A stretch of 64,000 nucleotides of DNA from Octopus sinensis (GCF_006345805.1 NC_043001.1:54870001-54934000), one strand, 5' to 3'; shown: positions 1 to 13,334, numbered from the stretch's first letter. The notes: a model not told the origin generated them from the sequence alone. Made by a program: numbers and translations.

Positions 1-200
1 GTATGCATAGTCAGTTAAAGAGAGTGCTCAGTCTCTGATGAATTCCCAGCACAGGATTGTAACTAGTCCTAATGATCCCTCTTTTTTTATCCCATAGGTA
101 TGTGTGCGTATCCATGTATTTGTGTGTGTATGTGTACACGCCTGTATAATACAAATTAAACTAAGTTACTTACATCCGTATATACATGCCGACTTGGTTG

Positions 201-203
<3 letters not shown>

Positions 204-246
<43 letters not shown>
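204..246. repeat. (TA)n microsatellite
   Basis: Pure TA run. Confidence 0.97.
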
Positions 247-249
<3 letters not shown>

Positions 250-404
250 GAACAAAGGCAAAAGAAAAAAGATTTCTAAGCCAATATGCTGAGAATAGAT
301 TTTAAATCGTCAATTACCACACACAATATACATCACTCTGAATACACGTTGTGCTGAAATCGAGGAAGGCAAGCTAACAGAATTTTTTTTTAAATTCGTT
401 ATCT

Positions 405-453
405 CTATATTGACTCAATTTCGGGATTAATCCGAGGGATTTTTCCCTCTTCA

Positions 454-460
<7 letters not shown>
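405..460 (-). ncRNA. Degenerate type I hammerhead ribozyme
   Basis: Minus strand: tata CTGAAGA ggga..tccc GAAA ttgag TC aatata. Core and stem II intact; stem I has a core-proximal A.A mismatch next to the (TA)n; stem III weak. Confidence 0.5.
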
Positions 461-510
<50 letters not shown>

Positions 511-647
511 TATATATATATATATATAGATATATATATATATATATATCTATATATATATATATATATATAGTATATATATATATAGATAGATAGATAG
601 ATAGATATATAGATAGATAGATAGATAGATAGATATATAGATATATA

Positions 648-683
<36 letters not shown>

Positions 684-735
684 TATGTATATGTATATAT
701 ATATATGTATGTATATATATGTATATGTATATATA
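455..735. repeat. Compound (TA)n/(TAGA)n/(TATG)n microsatellite
   Basis: Read directly; explains ORF 374..865. Confidence 0.97.
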
Positions 736-1088
736 TTTTGTAGATATATTTCTTGAGGTGGAAGAAATTATAGTCTAAAACATTTATTGTGTATATATTT
801 TTTCTCTCTTTCATAACAAAAACGTGTATGTTTGTATGCATGTATGTATACACACACACATACACACACGATTAGTAACAAATATCAGATTGAAACATGA
901 TGATTAACATTGCTCAAAAATCGATAACAACGTCCCCTCATATATTGACGTGTTCTTTCTCTTATAACCTCTGAAGCTCTTTCCCTGGTTCTACCACTTC
1001 ATTATAACAATGAAAGCGCCTGAGAAGTTCAATAAAGAACCCCTCATCATACACATTCGCTCTTTTCTTCACTCTTTTCTCTCCTTTT

Positions 1089-1213
1089 CCTCCTCCTCCT
1101 CCTTCTTCTTCTTCTTCTTCTTCTTCTTCTTCTTCTTCTTCTTCTTCTTCTTCTTCTTCTTCTTCTTCTTCTTCTTCTTCTTCTTCTTCTTCTTCTTCTT
1201 CTTCTTCTTCTCC
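1089..1213. repeat. (CCT)n(CTT)n trinucleotide microsatellite
   Basis: Long pure CTT run; explains the poly-E/poly-F ORFs. Confidence 0.97.
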
Positions 1214-1882
1214 TGCTTTTCTGTCTCTCACACTCAGCTCCCCTTCTCTTTGTTTATCTACCTCATCACTGTATCTAGCACGACCAATGAAAATCACTAG
1301 AATTAAGGCGGTAAATCGGTCAGACTGTTGAAAGTCTTGTCCGAGTGAACAAAGAAGAGAAATAACACAGAAAATATGTAAATTAGTCATAAATCGCGTG
1401 ATTAACAAAGGAACAACCCTTGTCGAGTTAATTTGGGTAGGATAGAATGGGAGTTGAGCATAAGGTGTGACGAAGGGGAAATGAGATACATCTATAAATT
1501 ATTGGTACATTAAATTGTGTGTGCACGTGTGTCCTAAGTTATACACAAGTCTAATCATGTATATCAGTAACTGCAACATTTCTCATCGATCTTTTTCACT
1601 CCCCGTCTCTCTCATTATATGCTTGGTGCTGAGTTATCTAATATGGTCCTGGTGTAGAAAGTCCCTCCATTTTTGTGGTGGAGATGGGGAGTGATTCTCG
1701 CATGTCATCACCCAGCTTAATACGAGCCCTGGTTCCTGGGTACCTTCAATAGAGTTTAACTCTTGCGTGTATTCGGATCAGACTCTTGGCTGGGAGGCGA
1801 CTATTGTGACATCAAATCTCAGCGATACCATTTACATTCCATTTGACGTCAATCCAACCAAGACCAAAATCATCACCTCTTA

Positions 1883-2317
1883 TTGGTTTCAAAGTTTGGC
1901 AATAAGGTCGGCAGTTTTGAGGAAGCGGGTACGTCGATTACATCGATCTCAATGTTCAACTGGTACTTATTTTAACGATCCCGGATGAATGAAAGGCAAA
2001 TTCGACCTCCTCGGCATTTGAACTCAGAGCGTAAAGTCGGAAGAAATGCCGCTAAACATTTTCTCCGGCTCGGTAACGATTCTGCCTGCATACCGCCTCA
2101 AACATCACCTCCTATTGGCTTTACATTTTGGCACAAGGTCTACAATTTTGAGGGAGGGGTAAGTGTGAGTACATCGGCCTCAGTTTGCAACTGGTACTTA
2201 CTTGATCGATCACGAAAGAATGAAAGGCAAAGTGGACTGCCTCAGCATTTGAACTCAGAATGTCAAGTCGGAAGAAATGTCTCTAAAAAAATTTTTCGGC
2301 GCGGTAACGATTCTACC
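1883..2317 (-). mobile_element. Two tandem diverged copies of tRNA-derived SINE family A
   Basis: Both carry tgaaaggcaaa...tttgaactcaga (B box GAGTTCAAAT on minus) and match 5059-5289. Confidence 0.85.
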
Positions 2318-2321
2318 AATT

Positions 2322-2391
2322 ATATATATACACACACAGAGAAACACTCACACATGCACAACAACACACTCACACACACACACACACACAC

Positions 2392-2438
<47 letters not shown>

Positions 2439-2700
2439 GCACACAGAAATATACACAGAGAAACACACATACACACAGAAATATACACAGAGAAACACAC
2501 ACATAAACACTCGCACACAGACAGACGCACAAACGCATAAAACACAAACACACACATACACACGCGTGCGCACACACGCACGCTCACACACACACACACG
2601 CACATATATATATATATATATATATACACACAGAAAAACACTTACACATGCACAACATTACACACACACACACACACGCACGCACACACACGCATAAACA
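2322..2700. repeat. (CA)n-rich compound microsatellite
   Basis: Read directly. Confidence 0.95.
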
Positions 2701-3116
2701 GATATGTAGCTTCTTTTTTCGAAGCAATTGCTGACAGAAATAGCTAACATAGAACTGGTAGACGGTTCCATACTGGACTTATAAATTTCGAAGCTCTATA
2801 ACCAATTGCATGTAAGCAGAAAGCGAAATTATCAAAATACAAATCTTATTATAATAGGCTTCATGTCCGTCTGTTCCCTTTCCACGGTCAAACCGCTGGA
2901 CCAATGGTTACGACGTTTTTAGGGATTACGAAGGAGGTAATCAAGAAGGTTTTTAGCGAAAAAAAATGTGAAAAAGTATGATTATTTAGTGGATATTGAA
3001 AGCAATTGTTCAGTTTACGGGTGTAAAAAAGTAAATAAAAATTAAAGGGCAGATAACTAATAAAAGAAGCAAAGCGAAGTAAGTTAACTTACTTTTAATC
3101 ATACTGCATACGCAGC

Positions 3117-3400
3117 TCATACAGCATCCAAGTATTTTATTCTTCTCCACTGAATTACGCCATATAAATTCGTGCAAATACGAAACAAAGCTTCTGAAGT
3201 GACGAATTGACGGCGTAATTTGCGTTTAACACACATCCACATGTTTTCGATATTTTCTTCATGTACAATCACCTCGTGAGTGTATCCGCCACCATTTAAA
3301 ATTCCAATGTTATGGTATGATCGAAAGCCATCACTTACTATGTGACACCCTGGCAGATTCCATCGTTGAATTAATGCTGTCAAAGTCTACTCAGAACGAT
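3117..3400 (-). pseudogene. Merlin/IS1016 (ISXO2-like DDE) transposase fragment
   Basis: LIQRWNLPGCHIVSDGFRSY...GYTHEVIVH..NIENMW.CVKRKL matches the PGxxIxSD..Y / GYxHxxVNH / IExxW motifs. Confidence 0.8.
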
Positions 3401-3579
3401 CATTTCTTAGAAACCCTCTATTCTGCCGAATACCCACTCTTCCTTAATTTTAAACTGAACTATTACCGATATTGAGTTTTGTATTAATAAATCACCTTTG
3501 ATTTTTTTTTGTTAAAATTTCGGTGACGAGGATTAGCTCTGGGTTTCTCCCGTGAATTTAGAGGGTTTAGAGTTGCGAT

Positions 3580-3807
3580 ACTATCCCTTTATTTACCATC
3601 GTAGATGGGCAGATTCCTAAAGAATCCGTTCGCGCATTCACAGCGAGCAAGGCACAGGGCCAGACTTTAGATCGTGTAGGTGTATTTTTACCCACTCTGT
3701 TTACACACGGCCAGTTATACGTCGCTATGAGCAGAGCAAGGGACTCCAGTAATTTGAAACTTAGTATCGACCAAACAGGAAATATCATCCACAAAGAAGT
3801 TTTGTAA
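3580..3807 (+). pseudogene. Helitron PIF1-like helicase C-terminal fragment
   Basis: 3634-3807 translates AFTASKAQGQTLDRVGVFLPTLFTHGQLYVAMSRARDSSNLKLSIDQTGNIIHKEVL* (helicase motifs V/VI and an NIVYxEVL-like end); not in the ORF track. Confidence 0.9.
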
Positions 3808-4308
3808 TTATATTGATATTATCGAAAGGAATATGATCCATAATTTGAATAAGGAAATTTGTGAACTTCGAATGTATAAGAATAAACAAGCGCAAAATAG
3901 TGTAAACAACTAAAAAGTATATCTCAATAAAATATTTTTCTTAATACTTTTTATGTAGTGGTTGAAGGAAGCTCTGGCTTTTGTTAGGAGTGGTCCACAT
4001 AACCATTCATGATACAGAGGCTGGGAGCCTCTTTCAGTTCGGGAGTGAATCGTCATCCCATGTTACTTAGTCGCAAACACATGTCATATAGCTGCAATAG
4101 AATGCTGTATCACCAACGATAATGGGATTTCTCTAAGACATCACCCAGTAATCTATCAAGTCCATTTACCCATTTCTCAATACATACTGCTCAATATATA
4201 CTGTTATGGCTTCTCTCCCTCATTTTATGTCTCAATCGTAGATGGGTTGATTTGCTAGTACATATAATCCTGCAAACTGTAAATGTACCGATTGTGTTAT
4301 ACATATTA

Positions 4309-4497
4309 TTTTATTCTTTTACTTCTTTCAGTCATTTGACTGCGGCCATGCTGGAGCACTGCCTTTAGTCGAACAAATCGACCCCAGGACTTATTCTTTG
4401 TAAGCCTAGTACTTATTCTATCGGTCTCTTTTGCCGAACCGCTAAGTTACGGGGACGTAAACACACCAGCATCGGTTGTCAAGCGATGTTGGGGGGA

Positions 4498-4547
<50 letters not shown>

Positions 4548-4720
4548 CATATATACGACGGGCTTCTTTCAGTTTCCGTCTATCAAATCCACTCACAAGG
4601 CTTTGGTCGGCCCGAGGCTATAGTAGAAGACACTTGCCCAAGGTACTACGCAGTGGGACTGAACCCGGAACCATGTGGTTAGTAAGCAAGCTACTTACCA
4701 CACAGCCACTCCTGCGCCTA
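4309..4720 (-). mobile_element. tRNA-derived SINE family B (CORE-like, internal microsatellite)
   Basis: Reverse complement of 10350-10770; A box TGGCTGTGTGG, B box GGTTCAGTCC, accttgggcaagtg CORE-like block. Confidence 0.9.
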
Positions 4721-4829
4721 TACATATATATTATATATATACATATATATGCATATATATACATAAATATATATGTATAATATATAATATATATTACACA
4801 TGTATATTATATATAAGTAGATACATATA

Positions 4830-5398
4830 GTGAAGGCGCATGGCTTAGTGATTTGGGCTTTTCAACTTATGATCGTAAGGTCGCGAGTTCAATTCCCTGC
4901 GGCGCGTTGTGTCCTTGAGCAAGACACTTTATTTTACGTTGCTCCAGTTCACTCAGCTGGCAAAACTGAGAAGTACCTGTATTTGAAAAGGCCAATATTG
5001 TTACACTCCGTGCCATGTGTAATCTCCCTGAGAACAACGTTAAAGGTACTCGTGTTAAAGGCGGCGAGCTGGCAGAAACGTTAGCACGCCGGGCGAAATG
5101 CTTAGCGGTATTTCGTCTGCGTTACGTTGTGAGTTCAAATTCCGCCGAGGTCGACTTTGCCTTTCATCCTTTCGAGGTCGATAAACTAAGTACCAGTTAC
5201 GCACTGGTGTCGATGTAATCGACTTAATACCTATGTCTGTCCTTGTTTGTCCCCTCTGTGTTTAGCCCCTTGTGGGTAATAAAGAAATAGGTACTCGTGT
5301 ATGTGGAGTGCTCAGCCACTTGCACGTTAGTTTCACGAACAGGCTGTTCCGTTAATCGGATCAACTGAAACCCTCGTCGTCGCAATCGGCGGAGTGCC
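4830..5398 (+). mobile_element. tRNA-derived SINE family C interrupted by a family A copy
   Basis: A box TGGCTTAGTG, B box GAGTTCAATTC, tgtgtccttgagcaagacactt; matches 54340-54660. Confidence 0.88.
5059..5289 (+). mobile_element. SINE family A, long-tail form, nested in SINE C
   Basis: ggcggcgagctggcagaaacgttagc...gagttcaaattcc...aagaaata, flanked by TSD ggtactcgtgt. Confidence 0.9.
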
Positions 5399-5506
5399 GT
5401 ATGTATGTATGTATGTATGTATGTATGTATGTATGTATGTATGTATGTATGTATGTTGGTAGGTAGGTAAGTAGGTAGGTAGGTAGGTAGGTAGGTAGGT
5501 AGGTAG
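5399..5506. repeat. (TATG)n(TAGG)n microsatellite
   Basis: Read directly. Confidence 0.95.
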
Positions 5507-5706
5507 CTATGCATGTGTGTACACTGACATTTCAAAAGTAAATAGACCGATCTCATTATACCGCAATATCTGTGCAGACACTACTTGACGTTTCAAACTT
5601 GTTAATTTATTATTATTTACTTTCAGCAATCAAGTTGGTGGAGATACAGAAGTACTCCAACTTATTTGGAGTTGCTAATTTTGAGCAATCAACAATTCTC
5701 CGATAT

Positions 5707-6095
5707 TGGTTTCAAATTTTGACACAGTGCCAGCAATTTTAGGGCAGGAGATGAGACGATTACATCGACCCCAGTGCTCAATTGATACTTATTTTATCGA
5801 ACCCGAAATGATAAAAGGCAAAATCGACCTCGGCGGAATTTGAACTCAGAACGTAAGACAGACGAAATACCTATTTCTTTACTAACCACAAGGGGCTAAA
5901 CACAGAGAGGACAAACAAGGACAGACAAACGGATTAAGTCGATTATATCGACCCCAGTGTGTAACTGGTACTTATTTAATCGACCCCGAAAGGATGAAAG
6001 GCAAAGTCGACCTCGGCCTGATTTGAACTCAGAACGTAGCCGCAGACGAAATACCTCAAACCATTTCGTGCTAACGTTTCTGCCAGATCGCTGCC
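5707..6095 (-). mobile_element. SINE family A dimer
   Basis: Two bodies joined at gacgaaatacc|tatttcttt. Confidence 0.88.
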
Positions 6096-6146
6096 TTAAG
6101 TAATTCTCCCATAATAACATGCTGCCATCTCTAGCCAAGCGATTAT

Positions 6147-6192
6147 TCTGTGCTGATGAAGGGAAATAACCCAGGAACCATTGGTACACAGA
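6147..6192 (+). ncRNA. Minimal type I hammerhead ribozyme, one core substitution
   Basis: tctgtg CTGATGA a-ggg aaataa ccc-a GGAA ccattgg TA cacaga: 6-bp stem I, GUA cleavage triplet, GAAA changed to GGAA. Confidence 0.7.
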
Positions 6193-6497
6193 TATCGCTT
6201 TGAGCTGAGTGGGGATACTAGCTCCATTGCTCGAAGTATAAGGACGCAGTTAGTGCGTTGATAGCCAGCTGGTGAAGATGTTTTCCTGAGGCTAAATAGT
6301 AGTAACATTCGTCCTAATCAGGTCTGCTACTTTATGTTGGCCAATAAACTTTACACTAAAGTACTGTTGCTGCATATTTCTCGTTCAGCGATTTAGAACT
6401 AATAGTTTCTCTCTCCCCCTCTCTCTCCCGCTCTCCCCTCCCTTTCCCCACCTCTCTCTCAACACACATACACACATATGTATGTACATAAATACAT

Positions 6498-7362
6498 TGT
6501 CAGATCAATAAGTATCCAAACTGCTGTCTTAGTAACGAAGCTAAAGCACGCAGGGTGAAGCCGCTTGACACAAATTGACCTTGAGCTATCTTGTACTTGT
6601 GCACTAAGTTTTAATGTTCTAGCTCACTTCAGTTGTTTACAGCAGTGCTTGGAAGGAAGGTGTGTAGTGTGTGATCGTCGAATTGACCATAACAGAGAAA
6701 GTTGAGCAGAGAATCTGCATCAAATTTTGCCAAAAGCCTGGCGATGCCTGCTCAGAGGCCTACGCGAAGTTTTCAAAAATTTTTCATCGTTCACGATACA
6801 GTCAAGGAGATTTTGTGCAACTGAAACCCAAGTGCCTATTTGGTCATCTGAAAACAGTTTTGCCACAAAATTGGCAGTCGCGTCTCATACCCAGATCCTC
6901 AGTGATAATGGACTGAACTGAACCGGAACTAATCTGCACATCTTCTGATAACTCACAATGGTGATTCGACAATTTCTCCTCACAGCTGCACGTACATCTG
7001 CGATGTTTTTCTCAGTTCTGTTGGTTGCGGTCTCCAGAACGTTCATCAATATCGACATTTCTTCGGCCATCTTAGAAACGTCTGAACCACACGTACACTT
7101 GTGTGTGGCTCATACACTTTCTGCAACTTTGCGTAGGCCTCTGAACAGGTATCGCCATGCCAACTTTCCCTGTCATGCTCAATGCGACGACCACACACTA
7201 CACATCTTCCTTCCAAGCACTAGTGTAAACAGTAGAAGTGAGCTAGAACGACAAAAGTACGCACAACAGAGTTCAAGGTCAATCTTTGCCAAGCAGCTTC
7301 ACTCTGTGTGCTTTAGCTTCGTTACTATAGCAAAAGTCCGGATATTTATTGATCAGACTGCG
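6498..7362. mobile_element. Mariner-derived fold-back element made of two inverted 5' ends
   Basis: 6498-6780 is the reverse complement of about 7115-7362; the left arm encodes TEKVEQRICIKFCQK.GD.CSEAYAK (mariner N-terminal HTH), the right arm the same with a deletion. Confidence 0.85.
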
Positions 7363-7363
7363 A

Positions 7364-7437
<74 letters not shown>

Positions 7438-7465
7438 ATAATACATACATATACATATCTATATA

Positions 7466-8125
7466 TAATCATTTATATTTATGATTTACATCAACATAAT
7501 AAATACATAAATACGTACATAGATATAACATAAAATTACAAGACAAGGAACATATTTATATATTATTTAGAAAGAAATAGAGTTATATGGGGCGAAAATG
7601 TACATGAAAAAGGTAAATAAATAAAGGTTGATATATCGATTAAAAATCATATTAAATTTAAATTTAAGGTTAAAGGACGTTGAAATAAGGATTAAAAGTT
7701 ATAAAACACATCACCAGTAGCGGGAAATCCATAATTAGGATTTCTCACTATTTTATAACTTTTAATCCTTATTTCAACCTCCTTGAACATTAATTTAAAT
7801 TTAAGGTTAAAGGACGTTGAAATAAGGATTAAAAGTTATAAAACACATCACCAGTAGCGGGAAATCCATAATTAGGATTTCTCACTATTTTATAACTTTT
7901 AATCCTTATTTCAACCTCCTTGAACATTAAATTTAAATTTAATATGATTTTATATATATATATATATATATATCAACCTTCGTATTTATTTATTCACTCT
8001 TTTCATGTACATTTTTACCTCATATAACTCATTTCTTTCTAAATAATATATAGATATGTTCCTTGTAATATTATGTTACATCTATGTACGTATTTGTGAT
8101 GTAAATCATAAATATAAAGGATTAT
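7466..8125. repeat. AT-rich long inverted repeat with an internal 137-bp tandem duplication of its centre
   Basis: atgatttacatc...gatgtaaatcat arms; the block starting at 7655 is repeated at 7792. Confidence 0.85.
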
Positions 8126-8233
8126 CTAAATTTTTGTCCCTTCTTATATCAAATTATGTAATGTCTAACGTCTCGGTTTCGACCTGAGCACTTCCAAGCA
8201 ATCAAGTAAAAAACGTTTTTCGAAAGAAAAACA

Positions 8234-8267
<34 letters not shown>

Positions 8268-9213
8268 CCACAAGCACAAACACACACACTTACACGCACA
8301 CACATTCACAAACACGCACAACTAATTCACGGTATGAGAAACACACGTCATTGTCGCTAGTCAAGCGAGAAATTGTTGACAGGCCTTCCCAAAACATAAC
8401 TTATCGACTTAGAAAAAGGACACATTGCTGAAGGTATTCCTCCATACATTGTGTCTGAGAACAAAAATGGGATGATCACAAGCGGAACATCTTTTATCAT
8501 AGGTCTGCTCAATGTGGCGTGCCATCAGAGCAAACAATATTTACGTAACACACGTTTATATTCGCGTATACACACACACGAGGGCATCCCTAGGAAGGCA
8601 TACACACACATATTTAACTATAACAAAAATTTATATGAGACGAAATACATTGAGTAGCAATCATTCATCGCAATTCGTGAGTTGATAGCTTAGCATAGCA
8701 TTCGTCACTCTATCTTGGAGATCTTGAAGCCTACAAAGAACGTAAGGAATGCCAGGTCTATCATTTATCGCTGGTAATTTGTTTGAAGTTCAGGAATGCA
8801 AACTGTCGCAAAGAACAAAATAAATAGTTCAACTGATTCATATGAATACATTCTGGCATTATATGTGGTGAGTGTGTGTGTGTATCTATTTATGTATACA
8901 TATATATGTATATATAGATGTGTGTGTATATATCTATATGTATACAAAAATTTATATAGATAAGGATGAGATCGTTATTTAAAATACCGATCATTTCAAG
9001 TGGCCAGCATGGGAATAAAAACCTTATAGGTAATAATTATTATTAAAATTATAGTTAAGGGTATCTAAAAGATACCACCATGCTAGAGATAGCTGTCAAA
9101 ACTTGACTCTAAAGCCACATCAAGTATTCATACAGCACCAGGAGAAAAGACAAATAAACAAATAAACCAGCAATATATATATATATGTATGTGTGTGTGT
9201 GTGTGTGTGTGTG

Positions 9214-9279
<66 letters not shown>

Positions 9280-9661
9280 TACACACATAGGTATATATTT
9301 TTAGATGTATTGCGCATAGATTCATATACATATATGTATACATGCATGTATACATGCATGTATGCATGTATGTATGCATATATACGTTTTCGGTCAAAAT
9401 TGATGACGAATGAGAATGGAATAAATGAAAAAAAAAAACATAAGCTATATCAATAATTGGTAAGATTAAAAACAGTGACATTTCTTTATGCAAGGGGATA
9501 TAGACAAAGCTAGTCTCATAGTACAAAACAAGAGTAATTAGATAAGAGAGAAATAAAGAATGGGGGCAATAGCTGTCAATGTTTGAGTGGAAGGTCAGTT
9601 TAGTAATGTGAACTCTATTACGTAATTACGCACAATCACTCACACACGTTGTGTGTATGTA

Positions 9662-9952
<291 letters not shown>

Positions 9953-10349
9953 ATGTCATATTGAAATGGAAAACAGCCATATCGCTAGAAGACAAAGAGG
10001 AGATAATTAAAATCAGCCCTAAACACTCTATATTGATAAAAGAAGATATCTTTCTGAGAGATTCATTGTGTTTCCACTCTTTTGTCTAGCTCTGATTACA
10101 TTAATAAATAAGTAAATAAAACCACCAACAGACTAAAACAAAACAAAGCAAAAAATCCTCTCTACACGGTAAATTTTGGAACACTTATAAGAGACAATAC
10201 CGTTTTAGAGAACCTACAAAACATGGTCATGATTTCAGGCAAAACATAAAATTTGTATGAGATAAGGCAAAGCAGCCAAAGCAACCACGAAATTTTTTGA
10301 AGAGGCCAAAAGTTCTGCAAGATAAAGGGAGTTTGCTAATATTTTTTTT

Positions 10350-10515
10350 ATAGGCGCAGGAGTGGCTGTGTGGTAAGTAGCTTGCCTACCAACCACATGG
10401 TTCCGGGTTCAGTCCCACTGCGTGGTACCTTGGGCAAGTGTCTTTTACTGTAGCCTCGGGCCGACCAAAGCCTTGTGAGTGGATTTGGTAGACGAAAACT
10501 GAAAGAAGCCCGTCG

Positions 10516-10556
<41 letters not shown>

Positions 10557-10770
10557 TTGTGAGTCGTTGTTTGTCCTCCCCAACATTGCGTGACAACCGA
10601 TGGTGGTGTGTTTACGTCTCCGTAACTAAGCAGTTCGGCAAAAGAGACCGATAGAATAAGTACTAGACTTACAAAGAATAAGTCCTGGGGTCGATTTGCT
10701 CAACTAAAGGCGGTGCTCCAGCATGGCCGCAGTCAAATGACTAAAACAAGTAAAAGAAAAGAAAGAAAGA
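10350..10770 (+). mobile_element. SINE family B, full length
   Basis: ggcgcaggagtggctgtgtggtaag...gggttcagtccc...internal (TA)(TG)...caagtaaaagaaaag tail. Confidence 0.92.
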
Positions 10771-10785
10771 AATATCTTTGATTAA

Positions 10786-10972
10786 TGTAGCGAGCCGGCA
10801 AAATTGCACACCGGACAAAATGCTTAGCAGTATTTCGTCCGTCCTTACGTTTTGAGTTTAAATCTCGCCGAGGTCTACTTTGCCTTTCATCCTTTCAGGG
10901 TCGATAAAAAGAAATATGAGTTGAGCACTGGGGTCGACTTAATTGCTGGCATTGTACCAACATTTGAAACCA
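10786..10972 (+). mobile_element. SINE family A, diverged
   Basis: gccgaggtctactttgcctttcatcctttcagggtcgataaa. Confidence 0.85.
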
Positions 10973-11429
10973 ATGTATAATCTAATTACCGCTAGAAAAA
11001 TACTGTGTGCACGGATGCCTCTAGACTGTGTGCACAGAAGGCCTCCGGGTCATTTGAATGCCTACACCATTAGGAGAGGTACGAAATAATTAATAGTTTT
11101 ACCTCATTCTTTTTACTCAATATTATTTGGTCAAATAGCCATTTGTGTCGTTATTCGTATTCAAAGAGGTTTCAGAACTTACGGGAAGAGGTGCTTTCCC
11201 ACAGTATCCTCAATAACGTCCATAAGTTCCCAATATTTTCAAGCGAAAAAATATATAAGAACAATAAAAATAAATAAAATTGTCAAAGCTTCCAATAACA
11301 CCGAAAGTAGTTTAATGGCTGACACAAAAATATACTATTCGAAACATTAATTTAAACTCAATAACATAAACATTTAATTTTTGAAAAATGTTGTGGGTTA
11401 ACAAGAGCGACTCAACTGAATTAGCTCAA

Positions 11430-12160
11430 AGAAAAGGGGAAGAAATGAGGAGGAGTATCCCAAAAAGGCAGCGCCTTCTTGCCAGATGAATTTATTCAAA
11501 AGGAAGCGATTGGGAAAGGGACGTAACTCTGTTTATAAAGCGGACGGGAGCTTTCATATTCCATCTGAGGAGTTGAAGGAAGCGTTGGATGATCTGCGGC
11601 AGGATGTGATCTCCACTATCTGGAGTAACGCATATGAAAACGTGTTCCTGATTTTTAAAACGAAAAATCAGACAAGAAGATAGGTATCTCTGACGTGTTA
11701 GCCGCTTGAAATAGTACGCGAGTACCTGAAATACATAAATCACAGCTAGAAATTTAATCGGACGTTCACTCTTGGTTTATCACTTTACAATTGAATAAAC
11801 ATGCAGTGGGCGCGGAGGTGACAGGCAACAACATACAGTCGAGCGGGATCGACATGGATTACAAGTCTTGATGATCCAGGTCCAATGATCACAAGGCAAT
11901 CCTGAGCTGTGTACAATTGAGAGGACATAGAGAAGGTCAACCAGACAAATGGTTCAACTGCTGCACACATAGTAGTAAAGGATACCAGTGGATCTATTAC
12001 CAAGAAAAAGAAAAAAGAGGGTTGATGACTGCAGTAGAAGCAGTAGCGTCAACAGCAGCAGGCACTGTGGCTGCTGTTACTGATGTTTCCAGAGCACCAC
12101 TGAACGCAGTTCCGAGCAAAAACGCGGAACTGTCTCATCCTCGGTATCACTAGCATTCGA
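11430..12160 (+). pseudogene. Decayed retroelement ORF1/gag-like remnant, family uncertain
   Basis: KADGSFHIPSEEL resembles KDGEGFHISSKEEF at about 18470, which lies upstream of a LINE RT; stops and frameshifts throughout. Confidence 0.3.
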
Positions 12161-12683
12161 AGTTATCGACGATTGAAAAGCCGAGAAGTATCCGCTAGCA
12201 CATGACCGGCCAAAGGCTACGACTAACAATACTCTTTCTCGTTGTTTGCGATGTTAAGATGGAGAGCTGAAAAGGGTGGAAATCTGTTCAGAACAGTAAG
12301 ACAAAGAAGGGGCTGGAATTCCTTCACGAATTGTATTGCCTGAACGTTACGGTACATCGAAGAGAATGATTTAGTTTAGTTGATTTAATGATGGCGCTAA
12401 AAGATATCGAATAAAATACTATGCTGATTGGGGAAGAATTGGAAGACTAGTACCATAGCCCTCTGGATGATAAATCATTCGTTTAAGAAGTGAGTTATGT
12501 GAGTTGTTAGTGTTATAGTATCTGATATCAAATGCAAAATTGTGACTTTATTGGGTGGTTATTATAAACGGATTGGCAGGGTTATTTTTGAACCATGGGT
12601 AAAGCTGAGCCCTGAGCTGGCTTTCTATTTTATTTATTTATTTATTTATTTATTTATCAATAATTCATAGTATGGTTATAATT

Positions 12684-12875
12684 GATCTCAACTTTTGGCA
12701 CAAGGCCAGTGATTTCAGAGAAAGAATTCAGTCGACTACATTGAGGCCAGTGCTCACTGGTATTTATTTTATCCACTCCGAAAGGATGAACGGCAAAGTC
12801 AACAACGGCAGAATTTGACGGACAAAATGCTGCTAAGCGTTTTGTCCGACTTGCTAATGATTCTGCTAGCTCGCC
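12684..12875 (-). mobile_element. SINE family A, diverged
   Basis: ttttggcacaaggccag...aaaggatgaacggcaaagtc. Confidence 0.8.
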
Positions 12876-13334
12876 ATCTTAGTTTGGTTATTATTACTAT
12901 TGTTTTCACTCTCATATTTTTCATCCACCTAGTTTCAGTTCGAAGAGCTTTGTTCTTTCATTGTTTTTCTACCTCCGAAAACAGACAATGTTTTCATCAG
13001 AATGAAATCAAGATGTTTATTAGTGTCTCGAGATTTTTTTCTCTCTTGATAATCACATCTGATTATTGCCTTGATCTCGCTGTTGGCAATAAGTACATGC
13101 AACAAGATTGGTTTTGAATCATGTCACGAACCATGTTAAGCTAATGTTACATTAGTTTTCTATCTGTTTCTACGTCCAAGTATTGGCATGTTACTTATCG
13201 GAAGTCGCTGCTGACTCGGTCGTGCCTAAATATATTCGGACTTGGCACGGACTGAGGAACCGGAAATCAAATTGTCAGTTGTCTTAATATATTGATATGT
13301 ATAATCTGCATATTTCATTAATTTTTATTTGAAA

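Larger units (their letters stand above)
2844..4258 (+). mobile_element. Deleted Helitron
   Basis: A|TCttattataat...tgtccgtctgt...aaaccgctggaccaat 5' end, gCTAG|T 3' end, and an internal PIF1-type helicase remnant. Confidence 0.65.

Noticed and set aside
30-75. CTGATGA attcc..ggatt GTAA ctag TC hammerhead-like remnant
   Set aside because: GAAA is mutated and stem I does not pair; too decayed to call.
1467-1811. Possible solo LTR (TGTGAC...TGACA)
   Set aside because: No matching TSD and the termini are not clearly inverted.
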